DNA of 32,000 bases, from assembly GCF_001545095.1 (NCBI RefSeq), contig NZ_CP013213.1:1470001-1502000 (forward strand). Reading direction: 5' to 3'. Of the stretch, positions 16,398 to 26,047 are shown piece by piece. Every line of letters starts with the position of its first letter. Position 1 is the stretch's first letter. The notes beneath the pieces are model-generated. The model had not been told where the DNA came from, ran no database searches, and saw only the letters and a list, made by a program, of their open reading frames with translations. Source of the DNA: Erysipelothrix larvae. Its GTDB lineage: Bacteria > Bacillota_I > Bacilli_A > Erysipelotrichales > Erysipelotrichaceae. A program made the translations under genes and the position numbers.

Positions 16398-18122
16398 TTA
16401 CTGAACCTTACTTACAATAGTATTCTTTGCATTATAAGCGGTTGCAAATGATTTCATTATGTTTTTAGAAATATTAACATTGGATCTTTCAAGTAAGGCT
16501 TTGCACGATTCTTCAGTCATATTTGCGATACATGTTAACTTAAATCTCGCCCTTGAAGCACCTACATACATAATTTGTTCCTTATTATTTGAGAACATCG
16601 AATCGTCCAAATCAACCAGTATTATAGCGTCCGCTTCAAGTCCCTTAAACTTCCTACACGTTGTGAACTTAAATTTGAATTTCTTATAATGATAAACACC
16701 GTTTGAACAATGATCACTCAAATTACTCGTTTGTTCAGTTTTACACGTTAAAATCACGATATCAGTGTAGTCTTGTTCCAATAAGTCCTTAATTGCCGCA
16801 TTGGTTGCATCTATCGTATCGGTTATAGCATTACAAAAAAACATTTCCGGAACATCACCTTGAATTGAATCTTCAAACAATTGAATTTTATATTTTCTCC
16901 CGAGCAGCCTCAACGATGTAATCGCGACATTTTCAGTGTTCCTACAGTTTCTGTACAAAGTCAATTTACAATCAGCATCCTCGATATATGATGGCACATT
17001 ACTAGACTGAATCATTTGATTTTTATCATAGAATAAATAGAAGGTTCCTTCCTCGTCATCACTTTCTAGCACATTCATTTTCAGACGATCAATGATTGCG
17101 ACTTCCTCAATAGAATCTCTCCCAAAATCTTGGCCTTCATCGATAACGATATGCCTATAGGGAAAATTCATGTTTGAATAACAATCCTCGAGCACCGTCT
17201 TAAATCGCTCATAATCAGGAGTCTTTGTATTGCACATCTTACACGCTAGTCCATCGATAGTATAGAATGAAATATTTGGATCTGAGTACATTTCTTTTAA
17301 ATATTCCTTGAGGTTTAGGTTGTAGCATAAAAACAAAACAGGTTGTCCTTTGCTGGCATGTCTTTTCGCCTTTTCAATCGCAAGAATTGTCTTTCCAGTC
17401 CCTGCTAGCCCATTTATTATTGCACTTCTCTGTTCATCGAGATAGTTCAAAAGAGCGACCTGTTCCCTGAGCAATCTTTTGAAAACCAATTGATGCCGTT
17501 CTTTCTTAAAACCCGCTAGAGAAACCAAATTAAAATTTGGTGCAAGAATATTATTAATGATTAATTTGGCCTCTTTATCATTTAAGGATGTTTCTTTTCC
17601 ATTCGGTAATTTGATTTTATAAATCCTACTAATATCTTTTTCAATGTTACCAAATGAGTCACTTGTCAGCATCAACGATTTATCAGTATCTGAAGGTAAT
17701 GCGACTGTATCAAATGCCCTCAATGGCACATCTGGAAACCAAACTGCATGCAAAAATTTACATCGATTAACGATTTGGTCGTATTTCTTATTTCGCATTA
17801 ATTCGAGTAGTTTCCACTTATTTTTACTGGCTTGTTGAAATGGTCCGTCGTGACTCATTAGCCTACCACTACCATACCGCCATTCGCCTTTAGAATACTC
17901 TACCCTTCCTGCTTTAGCTTCAATGCATAAAATTCCTTTCTTAGGATGAAATATAACAAAATCTGTCTCACTTTCGTGTATTGTATTATTCACAACTTCA
18001 AGAATAGAAAAGGAATGAAATACATAGTAATCATCAGATAAGCGCTCAAGCTCAGAAAACATCATTCCCTCTCTACTCGAATACGAAAATTCTTTTGGCT
18101 TATTTGGAAACATGATTGCCAT
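16398..18122 (-). CDS. NERD-domain nuclease-like N-terminus fused to a superfamily-1 (UvrD/AAA_19-like) helicase, 574 aa
   Basis: The N-terminal YYVFHSFSI...SETDFVIFHPKKGILCIEAKAG is a NERD / PD-(D/E)xK-type D...E-x-K. Walker A GLAGTGKT and Walker B HIVIDEGQDF are present. The C-terminal FKGLEADAIILVDL and MYVGASRARFKL match the UvrD_C_2-type signature. An AGGTGG RBS lies 8 nt before ATG 18122. The start overlaps the upstream gene by 23 nt. Confidence 0.88.
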   Translation of the reverse strand: MAIMFPNKPKEFSYSSREGMMFSELERLSDDYYVFHSFSILEVVNNTIHESETDFVIFHPKKGILCIEAKAGRVEYSKGEWRYGSGRLMSHDGPFQQASKNKWKLLELMRNKKYDQIVNRCKFLHAVWFPDVPLRAFDTVALPSDTDKSLMLTSDSFGNIEKDISRIYKIKLPNGKETSLNDKEAKLIINNILAPNFNLVSLAGFKKERHQLVFKRLLREQVALLNYLDEQRSAIINGLAGTGKTILAIEKAKRHASKGQPVLFLCYNLNLKEYLKEMYSDPNISFYTIDGLACKMCNTKTPDYERFKTVLEDCYSNMNFPYRHIVIDEGQDFGRDSIEEVAIIDRLKMNVLESDDEEGTFYLFYDKNQMIQSSNVPSYIEDADCKLTLYRNCRNTENVAITSLRLLGRKYKIQLFEDSIQGDVPEMFFCNAITDTIDATNAAIKDLLEQDYTDIVILTCKTEQTSNLSDHCSNGVYHYKKFKFKFTTCRKFKGLEADAIILVDLDDSMFSNNKEQIMYVGASRARFKLTCIANMTEESCKALLERSNVNISKNIMKSFATAYNAKNTIVSKVQ

Positions 18123-21100
18123 CAGTCAAACCACCTATTCTACTTAAGAATTCAAAAACATCAAATTCTTCTGCTGTGCAATAACAACTCCAATCCGTTT
18201 GTTCAGATGCTCTTCTATACTCATCCTCATTTTCATTTAAAAATAAGAGCACTTTTTCATCTTTCCATGCAAGATTTGAAAAATAGGCTTCACCCGTTTC
18301 TCTACACATTAAAGTTGTTCTATAATACGGTCTGGATATAATTATGTTGCTATTTTCTTTAAGTAGGTTGATCATACTCAACTCGTTCTCATCATAGCAA
18401 TCTTCATAAATATTATTCCAAATTTCTTCTGCAGTCTCTTCACCTGGATTTCGACCATCAGAACCAAACGTTAAGTTGGTCATTCTTTTAGATTCCTTAC
18501 TTAATGCGTTATTGACTAACTGCACATTAAACTCAGCGTCATTTAGTAATTGATTAATTGAATCAATTGCAAACTTTCTTTTCAATTTCGAATGGTAGGT
18601 TTGATTATAATAGCTTCTTAAGCAACTATAACACGATGTGTCTTCATCACAACATTGTTGCGATACTTTATCCAAAGCGGCCTTTAAAGAGCTAATCACT
18701 GCCTCTTTGCTTAACAATCTTTTTACATGACCCGCTCCACCAGGAACATTATCAAAGACAATAATATCGTAACTTTTTTGTTCTAGATTCAGTTCTAGAA
18801 CCCCATCAAGATCGTTACGCTCAATTTCAAGTGCATAACTCATTCCTTCTAGAAATGCATATAAGAACGAAAGCGCTCTATGGTTGCTTTCTGTCTCATT
18901 AGAATGTAATGATGGAATTGTTAAGCGTGCAACATCGGTTTGGAATTTGTGTCCCAACCTTAATCGTATTAATTTTTCGTTAAAACAATCGTATTCTCTG
19001 AAATTCTTATGTTTCTTTGAGATAAATGGTAAGCCACTACCTATCGTAATTTTCTCACTATATCCACATTTATCACACATATAAAATCCTGATCGATTCA
19101 GAACTAACAGTTCGTCGTTTGTGCTCGTCTGAACGGTTATTGCTGTACCAATGTACTCATTCATTTTGTCAAAGATTCCGCCACCTAGGTAAGAAACTTC
19201 GCCCACATAGGATCTTTTAGGTTTCAAATGTGGACTGTCACTTGATTTATTTGCCTTAAACCCAAGCGTGGGTTGAATAAAGTATTCATGCGTTCCTGTT
19301 CTTATTTCTCCACCACAGTATTTACACTTAATACTCTCTGTCTTTCGTGTGTAAACATTTATTTTATGACATTGAGAACACGTTTCAAAATAGTTTTTGA
19401 ACATTTCTGTTGTTTTCGGTAACGTAATGTATTTCGATACATACTTGTTTTTCATGACAAGCACCTCAGAGTCCGGTGCATACTCGGATATTGCGATTTT
19501 AAGGTCTCGCGTAAGGTCAATATCATTTTTGCGTTTTTCATCATTTTCTAAGATCTGTAAATCAACTAAATCAACAGGAAAACCATATTTTGGAATTACA
19601 CAATACTTCGATAACATTTCTATCACGGACTGATTATGTAGTTTTTCTTCTTGTCCCTTAAAATAATCAGCTTGTTCATAATCATTTTCAGCTTTTGAAG
19701 CATTCTCTGCGTCTTTAAACTCAACAGCCATTTCTTTAATTGAATCAATAAAGTGAGTCAACTTCTCATCATTATAATCAATTTCAGCCAGCCATTTGAA
19801 TTTATGGAAATTACGATATCGTGTCTCCGGCACCACCTTTTCATCAATGTATCTTCGGAGATCAGAAGGTTCACTCTTTAAATAATCGATGAAGACTTCT
19901 GATCCATTATTAAAAATAAAGGAATCCGTTGATATGAAATAATCAGGATGCTGTCTAAAGAAGAAACCAAGGCAGGATGCTAAGAGATGTCGACTGATTA
20001 TTTTCTCATTATCTACCTTAAAATATGGTGGGTTGATTACTCCAGAAATCATTTTCTCAGGGGCTGCGAAATAGGTATAGTCATGTGAGCTCGAACTACA
20101 GTAAGTTAAAATATATGCAGAACTATCACTTCTTCGACCTGCTCTACCCGCTCTTTGAACATAATTGGCAGGCGTTGGGGGAACATTTCGCATAAATACC
20201 GTCTCCAAGTCACCAATGTCAATTCCCATTTCAAAAGTCGTTGAACAGCTAAGTATATTTATCTTCTTATCAACAAATCTCTTTTGAAATTCTTTACTTA
20301 CCTTTCGATCAAGCTGTGCGGTGTGCTCTTGGATTACCATTCTTTCTATTTTCTTACTCTTATACTCTTTTCGGTAATAATTTTCTGAAAGTGCATCATC
20401 TGGGTCAATCTTATATAACTTGCCTTTACATTTGTCAGAAGGACATGCATTGTTTAAATTGAAAGGTGTTAGTTTAGAGCATTTATTGCACCTGTAGAAT
20501 GGTGATTCAACATAGTTTTTTATTTTAAACTTGCTGGCATCAATCTGATATGCATCTTCTTTATTGTGCTTAATAAAAAGGGCATCTTGGGAGTCTATCG
20601 AATCAGAGACAGAAAGCACATTAAAGACCATATCTAAAATCTTTACAGCCCCCTCTGTATTACAATTACAAGCTTTTTTTACATATCGAACAATCTTATT
20701 CTCTTCGCCTACGATCGGTAGCAAGCTTCTTATATTTAGCTTATTCTTTTGCGCCTTCAGCATCACAAAATTATTAAACCGTCGATACTCCAGATATTTT
20801 TCCTTTTCTTCTTGTGAAAGTGTTGACTGTACATACTTTATCGCTGGTGTTGTCTTAAATACAGTTGCCACTACTTGTATCAGCGTATTAAGTTCATTCT
20901 TTGTATTTATATTGTACTGGCCTAATTCATCTTTAATAATATCATCATCTATCTCGTCAAAAATGCTAGAAGTGTCTAATTCAAAATAGTATAAGCCAAG
21001 ACCTTCACCATCATGTGCACCATCGACTTTTAGCAAATCAATCAACAAGCTCACCCATGCATTTTTTTCTGATGATAAGTCATTGTCGAATAAGCGCTGG

Positions 21101-23238
21101 CTTTCAATCTTATCTTCCAGTTTTGAAACAAGTTGGTTTACCGACATTTCCTTATAATTCGTCTCTTCTAAAATGTTCCAAATCAGTCGTTTTCTCAGCA
21201 TACGCGTGTGATTTGAATCAACAAACGCAGCAAAGAAACTAGCCTGTTGTCTACTATCAGAAAAAGCCAAATACTGTTTAACTTTCGGTTTAACAACCGG
21301 TATCTGTTTGATGGGTTCTGTGCTTATTCTTAATGAAAACTTTCTTCTTTTTTCATGCTTTGCATCATCCCCATCAAGCGTCTCATAAAGGATTTGTGAA
21401 ATTATTGCAGTACCTTCATCTTTACCAACATTAAGTAACTTTACGACTCCCGAAGTTCCTTTATGACCACAATATAGGCATTGACTAATATTATTAAAAC
21501 TGCTTGCTTCCTTTTTGTCATCGTTCCTGATTTTATAAACACTAAACTTGCACAGAGAATCACAATCACATTTTTTTGCATTGAGATTGCCCGTCCTATG
21601 AATTGATCCACACTTGTTGCAAAGCGTATACTCTTCCAATATAGTCTCATCAATGGTTGAGTCAATATCTTCGTTTACCATCTCTTCTAACATAAAGTAG
21701 TCTACTTTTGCACGTTCATTATCACCATAGTTTTCATAAACATCTACTTCTTGATTTTGATATAAATAGTCTAAGCCATCCAGTCGATTTTGTTGAATCT
21801 TACCAACAATGTACGTAGAGTCACAGTATCGACAATTACCAATTTCAAAAGTTTTTTTATTATCAATCGCGTTTGTTTTAGTAAGACTCAGTTTCTGGTC
21901 AGAACCAAATGTTATAAATGCACCCGATAAAGGACGAACAAAGGAATGATACTTTAGATCAAAGAGATTTACTCCATTTTTGCTGGCACCGTTTATTAAG
22001 TCAATGAGGGCGAGCAACTCAGCCTCTTCCAACTCTCTTAACTCGAATTTTAGCGATGCATAATTTTTACTCTTATCTTTCAGACAATTATAAATTGTAT
22101 GTGTATTCTCATCATTTGATAACAAATCATATAAGATTTCCTCATTTTTTGATGCGTGTGTTTCCTTGTATTTCTCACAAATATCAACAAGAGGAATATC
22201 ACTTGCTAAACGCTGTTTCAACTCCAAATAGTCGCTACCTTTAACCTTATATAAGGACGCATGAGAATCAAACTTAATTCGTTTAGAAAAAACAATATCT
22301 GATGTATTAAAAGAACATGACGTTAAGTTCTTCGCAAAGTTAACAATATCTCCTTCACTTTTTCCTTGTGTTCCAAGTGTAGCACTTGTTAAGATGAATC
22401 GTGGTTTCTTTTCAGAGTATGCAGTCAACCTTCGCATTAATAAAGAAATCTCAATTCCTAAAGACCCATTATAAGAATGCGCTTCATCAAGAACTACAAA
22501 CTTCCAATTTGCTAATCGATTTGGATCAAAAATCGCATAATCATTTGGTCGTATAAGAAGATACTCAAGCATTGAGTAGTTTGTAAACAACAAATGAGGT
22601 GGATTTTCCCTAATTTCAGTTCTGGAGATCAACTCATTTACAGGGATTTCAACACCAATTTCTTTTGCAAGTTTCTTTCGATCTTGATCGGTAGTTTCCT
22701 CTGGTGTATCCCCGGTAAAAAAGCCATATGTTATGTTTGGACATGATGAAAGTATTTTCCGAATTCGATCAATTTGATCATTGACTAAAGCATTCATCGG
22801 GTATAAGAATATTGATCGGATACCTATTTCTCTATTTCCATTTTCATAATCCGACAAAATCTCATTCAAGATTGGATAAAGAAAACACTCTGTTTTACCA
22901 GATCCAGTCCCGGTCGTTACAACAGCACTATTTCCTGAACTAATGATGTTTAGTGCTTCTTCTTGATGTTTGTAAAGTGGTCTATCTATTTCAATATTAT
23001 TAAGTTGCCCAAAAGACTTACAAAGCTTTCCTTCTGCTATGAGTTGATTTATTGTCTTTCCTCGCTCAAATGGCAGATCCAAACTAACAAAAGGACCCTT
23101 AAACAGTTCTTCCTTCTCAAGTTGCCTATTAAACAATTCCTGCAGTGAGGAATTACCAAACTTAAAGGACGACTTTAGATATTCCTTGTATTTATGATCT
23201 ATATATAACGATTTTTCTATTGGGTTCAGCGCTTTCAT
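18100..23238 (-). CDS. Giant DEAD/DEAH-box helicase fused to a DUF1998 (MrfA-type zinc) domain, 1712 aa; DruE-like architecture
   Basis: Motif I is TTGTGSGKT (about aa 108-116) and motif II is VLDEAHSY (249-256), with TSAT at 283-286. The C-lobe motifs appear only at aa 970-1036 (QEHTAQL, STTFEMGIDIGD, YVQRAGRAGRR). The DUF1998 hallmarks FDNVPGGAGHV and CCDEDTSCYSCL lie at aa 1495-1540. An AAAGGTGGG RBS precedes the ATG. An ATGA overlap joins it to the upstream gene. Confidence 0.9.
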   Translation of the reverse strand: MKALNPIEKSLYIDHKYKEYLKSSFKFGNSSLQELFNRQLEKEELFKGPFVSLDLPFERGKTINQLIAEGKLCKSFGQLNNIEIDRPLYKHQEEALNIISSGNSAVVTTGTGSGKTECFLYPILNEILSDYENGNREIGIRSIFLYPMNALVNDQIDRIRKILSSCPNITYGFFTGDTPEETTDQDRKKLAKEIGVEIPVNELISRTEIRENPPHLLFTNYSMLEYLLIRPNDYAIFDPNRLANWKFVVLDEAHSYNGSLGIEISLLMRRLTAYSEKKPRFILTSATLGTQGKSEGDIVNFAKNLTSCSFNTSDIVFSKRIKFDSHASLYKVKGSDYLELKQRLASDIPLVDICEKYKETHASKNEEILYDLLSNDENTHTIYNCLKDKSKNYASLKFELRELEEAELLALIDLINGASKNGVNLFDLKYHSFVRPLSGAFITFGSDQKLSLTKTNAIDNKKTFEIGNCRYCDSTYIVGKIQQNRLDGLDYLYQNQEVDVYENYGDNERAKVDYFMLEEMVNEDIDSTIDETILEEYTLCNKCGSIHRTGNLNAKKCDCDSLCKFSVYKIRNDDKKEASSFNNISQCLYCGHKGTSGVVKLLNVGKDEGTAIISQILYETLDGDDAKHEKRRKFSLRISTEPIKQIPVVKPKVKQYLAFSDSRQQASFFAAFVDSNHTRMLRKRLIWNILEETNYKEMSVNQLVSKLEDKIESQRLFDNDLSSEKNAWVSLLIDLLKVDGAHDGEGLGLYYFELDTSSIFDEIDDDIIKDELGQYNINTKNELNTLIQVVATVFKTTPAIKYVQSTLSQEEKEKYLEYRRFNNFVMLKAQKNKLNIRSLLPIVGEENKIVRYVKKACNCNTEGAVKILDMVFNVLSVSDSIDSQDALFIKHNKEDAYQIDASKFKIKNYVESPFYRCNKCSKLTPFNLNNACPSDKCKGKLYKIDPDDALSENYYRKEYKSKKIERMVIQEHTAQLDRKVSKEFQKRFVDKKINILSCSTTFEMGIDIGDLETVFMRNVPPTPANYVQRAGRAGRRSDSSAYILTYCSSSSHDYTYFAAPEKMISGVINPPYFKVDNEKIISRHLLASCLGFFFRQHPDYFISTDSFIFNNGSEVFIDYLKSEPSDLRRYIDEKVVPETRYRNFHKFKWLAEIDYNDEKLTHFIDSIKEMAVEFKDAENASKAENDYEQADYFKGQEEKLHNQSVIEMLSKYCVIPKYGFPVDLVDLQILENDEKRKNDIDLTRDLKIAISEYAPDSEVLVMKNKYVSKYITLPKTTEMFKNYFETCSQCHKINVYTRKTESIKCKYCGGEIRTGTHEYFIQPTLGFKANKSSDSPHLKPKRSYVGEVSYLGGGIFDKMNEYIGTAITVQTSTNDELLVLNRSGFYMCDKCGYSEKITIGSGLPFISKKHKNFREYDCFNEKLIRLRLGHKFQTDVARLTIPSLHSNETESNHRALSFLYAFLEGMSYALEIERNDLDGVLELNLEQKSYDIIVFDNVPGGAGHVKRLLSKEAVISSLKAALDKVSQQCCDEDTSCYSCLRSYYNQTYHSKLKRKFAIDSINQLLNDAEFNVQLVNNALSKESKRMTNLTFGSDGRNPGEETAEEIWNNIYEDCYDENELSMINLLKENSNIIISRPYYRTTLMCRETGEAYFSNLAWKDEKVLLFLNENEDEYRRASEQTDWSCYCTAEEFDVFEFLSRIGGLTDGNHVSK

Positions 23239-25988
23239 ATTTTCCCACCTTTCTCTAAATCAATAATATATGAAAATATGTCATTCAAAGTGTTATCATC
23301 CAATGTATTTGCGACCCTTCTACGTTTTAAGTCTAATAGAAGACCATCCCCTTCGTTTGTGATTGCAAATTCAACGCAATTGTTTTCAATCCCGCTACAT
23401 ATCTCAATACTAACCGGATTTACTTGCGATAATTTAAACTCACTGAATTCTGTCTTCACAAGTAAATCCCCGATATAACAATCATCATTAATTTTCTCCT
23501 TTATCTCAATAAAAGTCTTATTTATGTTCATTTTACGTCTGACTAATCCGTTACTTGTACCTTGATCAAAATACACTTCTTTGACTTTATAATACCTACC
23601 AACTATATCATTACGAGTGTAAAATCTGCGTTTCATTTCACACATCACTCGATTTCTTGATGTTCCAAACCATAACCCTTTTTCTCTTTCAAACAATATA
23701 ATCGTATAGCTTTCAAAAGACTTGAGATTGCTGACCGTTTGAGACTCACCGCTCAATAATTTCTCACTTCTAAATATCTCGATCCCTTCTTCATTCTTAA
23801 TATTAAAAAACACATGTCCTTGACCATAATAATTTGGTGTTACCTTAAGTTTATTGTTAATTGGGTCAAAATCAAGATCAAGATCTGAACTTTTCAATAT
23901 ACACTTGTTGTAGCAATACAATACATTTGCGATTTTTCCATCTACTAAGAATAGTATCTTTACGAAATCATAATTCGCCCTGTATGTCACAAGAAAGCTA
24001 ACATCTATACTTTGATAAGGCGTTGTTTTCTTCATATCTTTAGGATTATCAAGTTCAATCCCTTTATCTGAATGGATCATATATTGATCATAATGATTGC
24101 CAAAGATATCTAATTTTCCTCCTTGTGTAATTTCATCAATCACGATTTCATCATCAAATGAGCACCAATCACTGCCATTCAATCTGTACATATTAAATCC
24201 TAGTGGGACTTCGAAATAGTACATCTCATTCTTATATTTGATACTGAGAATATCTTCAATAAATTCAAGTTGCTTTTGATACTGAATGAGGGGTTCCTTC
24301 AATATATCGCTGGTCAATTGAATTAAACTTCCATGATCGTTCTTAATATCTACCACTAGATTAGAATCCATTACAAACTGAGTTTGAACTACTCTTTTTC
24401 TCACTTCGTTAAACACTTCAAATAGTGACACAGTGTACATATCTGAACCAAAATTACTCAGGTCAACGAGATAACGGTTAATCCCAGAACTCGGCTTAAT
24501 TTCACAGATATCCTTTGTTAATGGAATATGCTTATTATTAATTTGAAACATCAATTTATCTTTATCATATTCTGATTCAAACATAAAATAGCGAATACTT
24601 TTGTAAATCGGTATTTTCTTTTTATTGTCTTGCCTTACCAAAAAATGATCTTGGTACAATTCTCCGATAACACCCGGTTCTGTGTGTGAAAGAAAGATAA
24701 AAAATTCATCATCAATTAGAAATGAATCACCAATTTCTACTGTTTTTACAGCCAAACTATAATATTGATTTACAGTGTTAAAATTTAGCATAGAATGCTT
24801 CGTATTTTTTCGACTACAAAAAATTGTAGTTCCAGAATAATCAGTATGATTCTTAATTTCTTTTCCATCTTCTGTAAACACGAGAATCTTACGATTCAAT
24901 TTGTCTAGACTATCGTAAATAACTTCTTCACCGCATACGAGTTGATAACTTATCTCGCCCAAAGGATCATCAAGATGAATTGCACTAGGATATAACTGAT
25001 ATCCACCAATAATCTCACGAATATCGAAGCGATCATCTTGTAAATAAAGATGATCACCATTATATACCTTGATCATCAGTTGTGTATAGTCATAGGTATT
25101 TTTCACTTTATGGAATGGCGGAACTAAGAATACCGCTTGATTATCATAAGTAAATTTGCAATCCCACTTATTCCTTAAGTCTAAACTTTGTGCTCTCCGA
25201 TTGCTTCTTATGCTGTCTCTATCCATTTTTGTACACCAATTCAAATAAGCTTCTTTGAAGTAGGTCATCGAAATTGCAATACTCTTGTTCCAAATATAAG
25301 AATCAATGAGCTCAACGACAGTTTTGCTAAAATCAATTAAACTATTTAAACCATTTTCACTGCTTATTAATCGCTTCGTTGACACAATTAGCTTATATGT
25401 TTTCTTGGTTAAACTAATCGAAACAGTATCACCATCAGATAGCATCGATTCACGAATTCCTTCATAGACAAATCTGAATTCTTCTTCCACATTATTTGGT
25501 ATATCAAAATCAAAGTTAGTTACATAAATGTCGTATATAAAATCAAAAAAATCAATCAAGAATTTTTGGGGAACAATAGAATGAGAGAGGGCAACACCAA
25601 TATACAAAGAAGTATTTTTTATTTCCTTTTGCGTTTTATATTGCTTCAATATCGTTCTAATCAATGACTCAATCTTTTGATCAGAAAAATTATCATAAAG
25701 TCTTGAATACTGATCCTGAACATGATCATAAAATTTACCATCATAATTTAACATCTGTATTAACGACAATGACATTAGTACAATATCGCCATTTTTAACA
25801 TGTTCCCCAACATAAGTAGATAATGTATAAATAAGGCTAGATTCTGCGCTTTCATGAATATATTGAACGATTTTTGGGAAATCCATCAACGTAATAAGGT
25901 CCATACCAATATTGTGACCTGACTCAAGTTTACGTTTTATATCTTGTATTATTGAATCAAAATGATCTCTCTCTTCTATTTTTAACAT
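23235..25988 (-). CDS. Large hypothetical protein, about 917 aa, first gene of the helicase operon (positional equivalent of DruH; homology unverified)
   Basis: It is an uninterrupted ORF in which I can recognise no catalytic or nucleotide-binding motif. The start is set at ATG 25988 (MLKIEERDHF), just after GGGAGGA. The track start at 26033 is a TTG without an RBS and would sit in the putative promoter. Its stop overlaps the next start (ATGA at 23235-23238). Confidence 0.85.
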   Translation of the reverse strand: MLKIEERDHFDSIIQDIKRKLESGHNIGMDLITLMDFPKIVQYIHESAESSLIYTLSTYVGEHVKNGDIVLMSLSLIQMLNYDGKFYDHVQDQYSRLYDNFSDQKIESLIRTILKQYKTQKEIKNTSLYIGVALSHSIVPQKFLIDFFDFIYDIYVTNFDFDIPNNVEEEFRFVYEGIRESMLSDGDTVSISLTKKTYKLIVSTKRLISSENGLNSLIDFSKTVVELIDSYIWNKSIAISMTYFKEAYLNWCTKMDRDSIRSNRRAQSLDLRNKWDCKFTYDNQAVFLVPPFHKVKNTYDYTQLMIKVYNGDHLYLQDDRFDIREIIGGYQLYPSAIHLDDPLGEISYQLVCGEEVIYDSLDKLNRKILVFTEDGKEIKNHTDYSGTTIFCSRKNTKHSMLNFNTVNQYYSLAVKTVEIGDSFLIDDEFFIFLSHTEPGVIGELYQDHFLVRQDNKKKIPIYKSIRYFMFESEYDKDKLMFQINNKHIPLTKDICEIKPSSGINRYLVDLSNFGSDMYTVSLFEVFNEVRKRVVQTQFVMDSNLVVDIKNDHGSLIQLTSDILKEPLIQYQKQLEFIEDILSIKYKNEMYYFEVPLGFNMYRLNGSDWCSFDDEIVIDEITQGGKLDIFGNHYDQYMIHSDKGIELDNPKDMKKTTPYQSIDVSFLVTYRANYDFVKILFLVDGKIANVLYCYNKCILKSSDLDLDFDPINNKLKVTPNYYGQGHVFFNIKNEEGIEIFRSEKLLSGESQTVSNLKSFESYTIILFEREKGLWFGTSRNRVMCEMKRRFYTRNDIVGRYYKVKEVYFDQGTSNGLVRRKMNINKTFIEIKEKINDDCYIGDLLVKTEFSEFKLSQVNPVSIEICSGIENNCVEFAITNEGDGLLLDLKRRRVANTLDDNTLNDIFSYIIDLEKGGKI

Positions 25989-26017
25989 AAGTCCTCCCAG
26001 GTGTATTAAGCGCTTAC

Positions 26018-26047
26018 AATATAAAACTCTCAATTTTGTCTTGTTAA
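26018..26047 (-). promoter_or_regulatory. Candidate sigma-A promoter for the three-gene helicase operon (TTAACA, 18-nt spacer, TATATT)
   Basis: On the minus strand the -35 TTAACA is at 26047-26042 and the -10 TATATT is at 26023-26018, 30 nt upstream of ATG 25988. This is motif match only, in an AT-rich context where such matches are common. Confidence 0.3.

Noticed and set aside
3584-23478. Other short embedded track ORFs, listed by host gene. In rlmCD: 3584-3814, 3678-3866, 3870-4058. In tpx: 5132-5497. In the polymerase: 5835-6050. In yolD: 7100-7294 and 26965-27159. In the ATPase gene: 8231-8416. In the LRR genes: 10821-11063, 14355-14785, 15001-15356, 15581-15766. In the helicases: 16459-16689, 17644-17838, 18884-23148. 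In the 917-aa gene: 23278-23478.
   Set aside because: All lie inside longer ORFs that carry recognisable motifs or operon context. They lack RBSs and have skewed composition, so I treat them as frame shadows.
16398-26033. DISARM (DrmA/DrmB helicase + DUF1998 with methylase and PLD) as the identity of the helicase operon.
   Set aside because: The helicase and DUF1998 parts are fused in one protein. There is no PLD (HxK) protein and no methyltransferase in or next to the operon. The only methylase in the window (hsdM) is more than 15 kb away and clearly belongs to the type I R-M unit.
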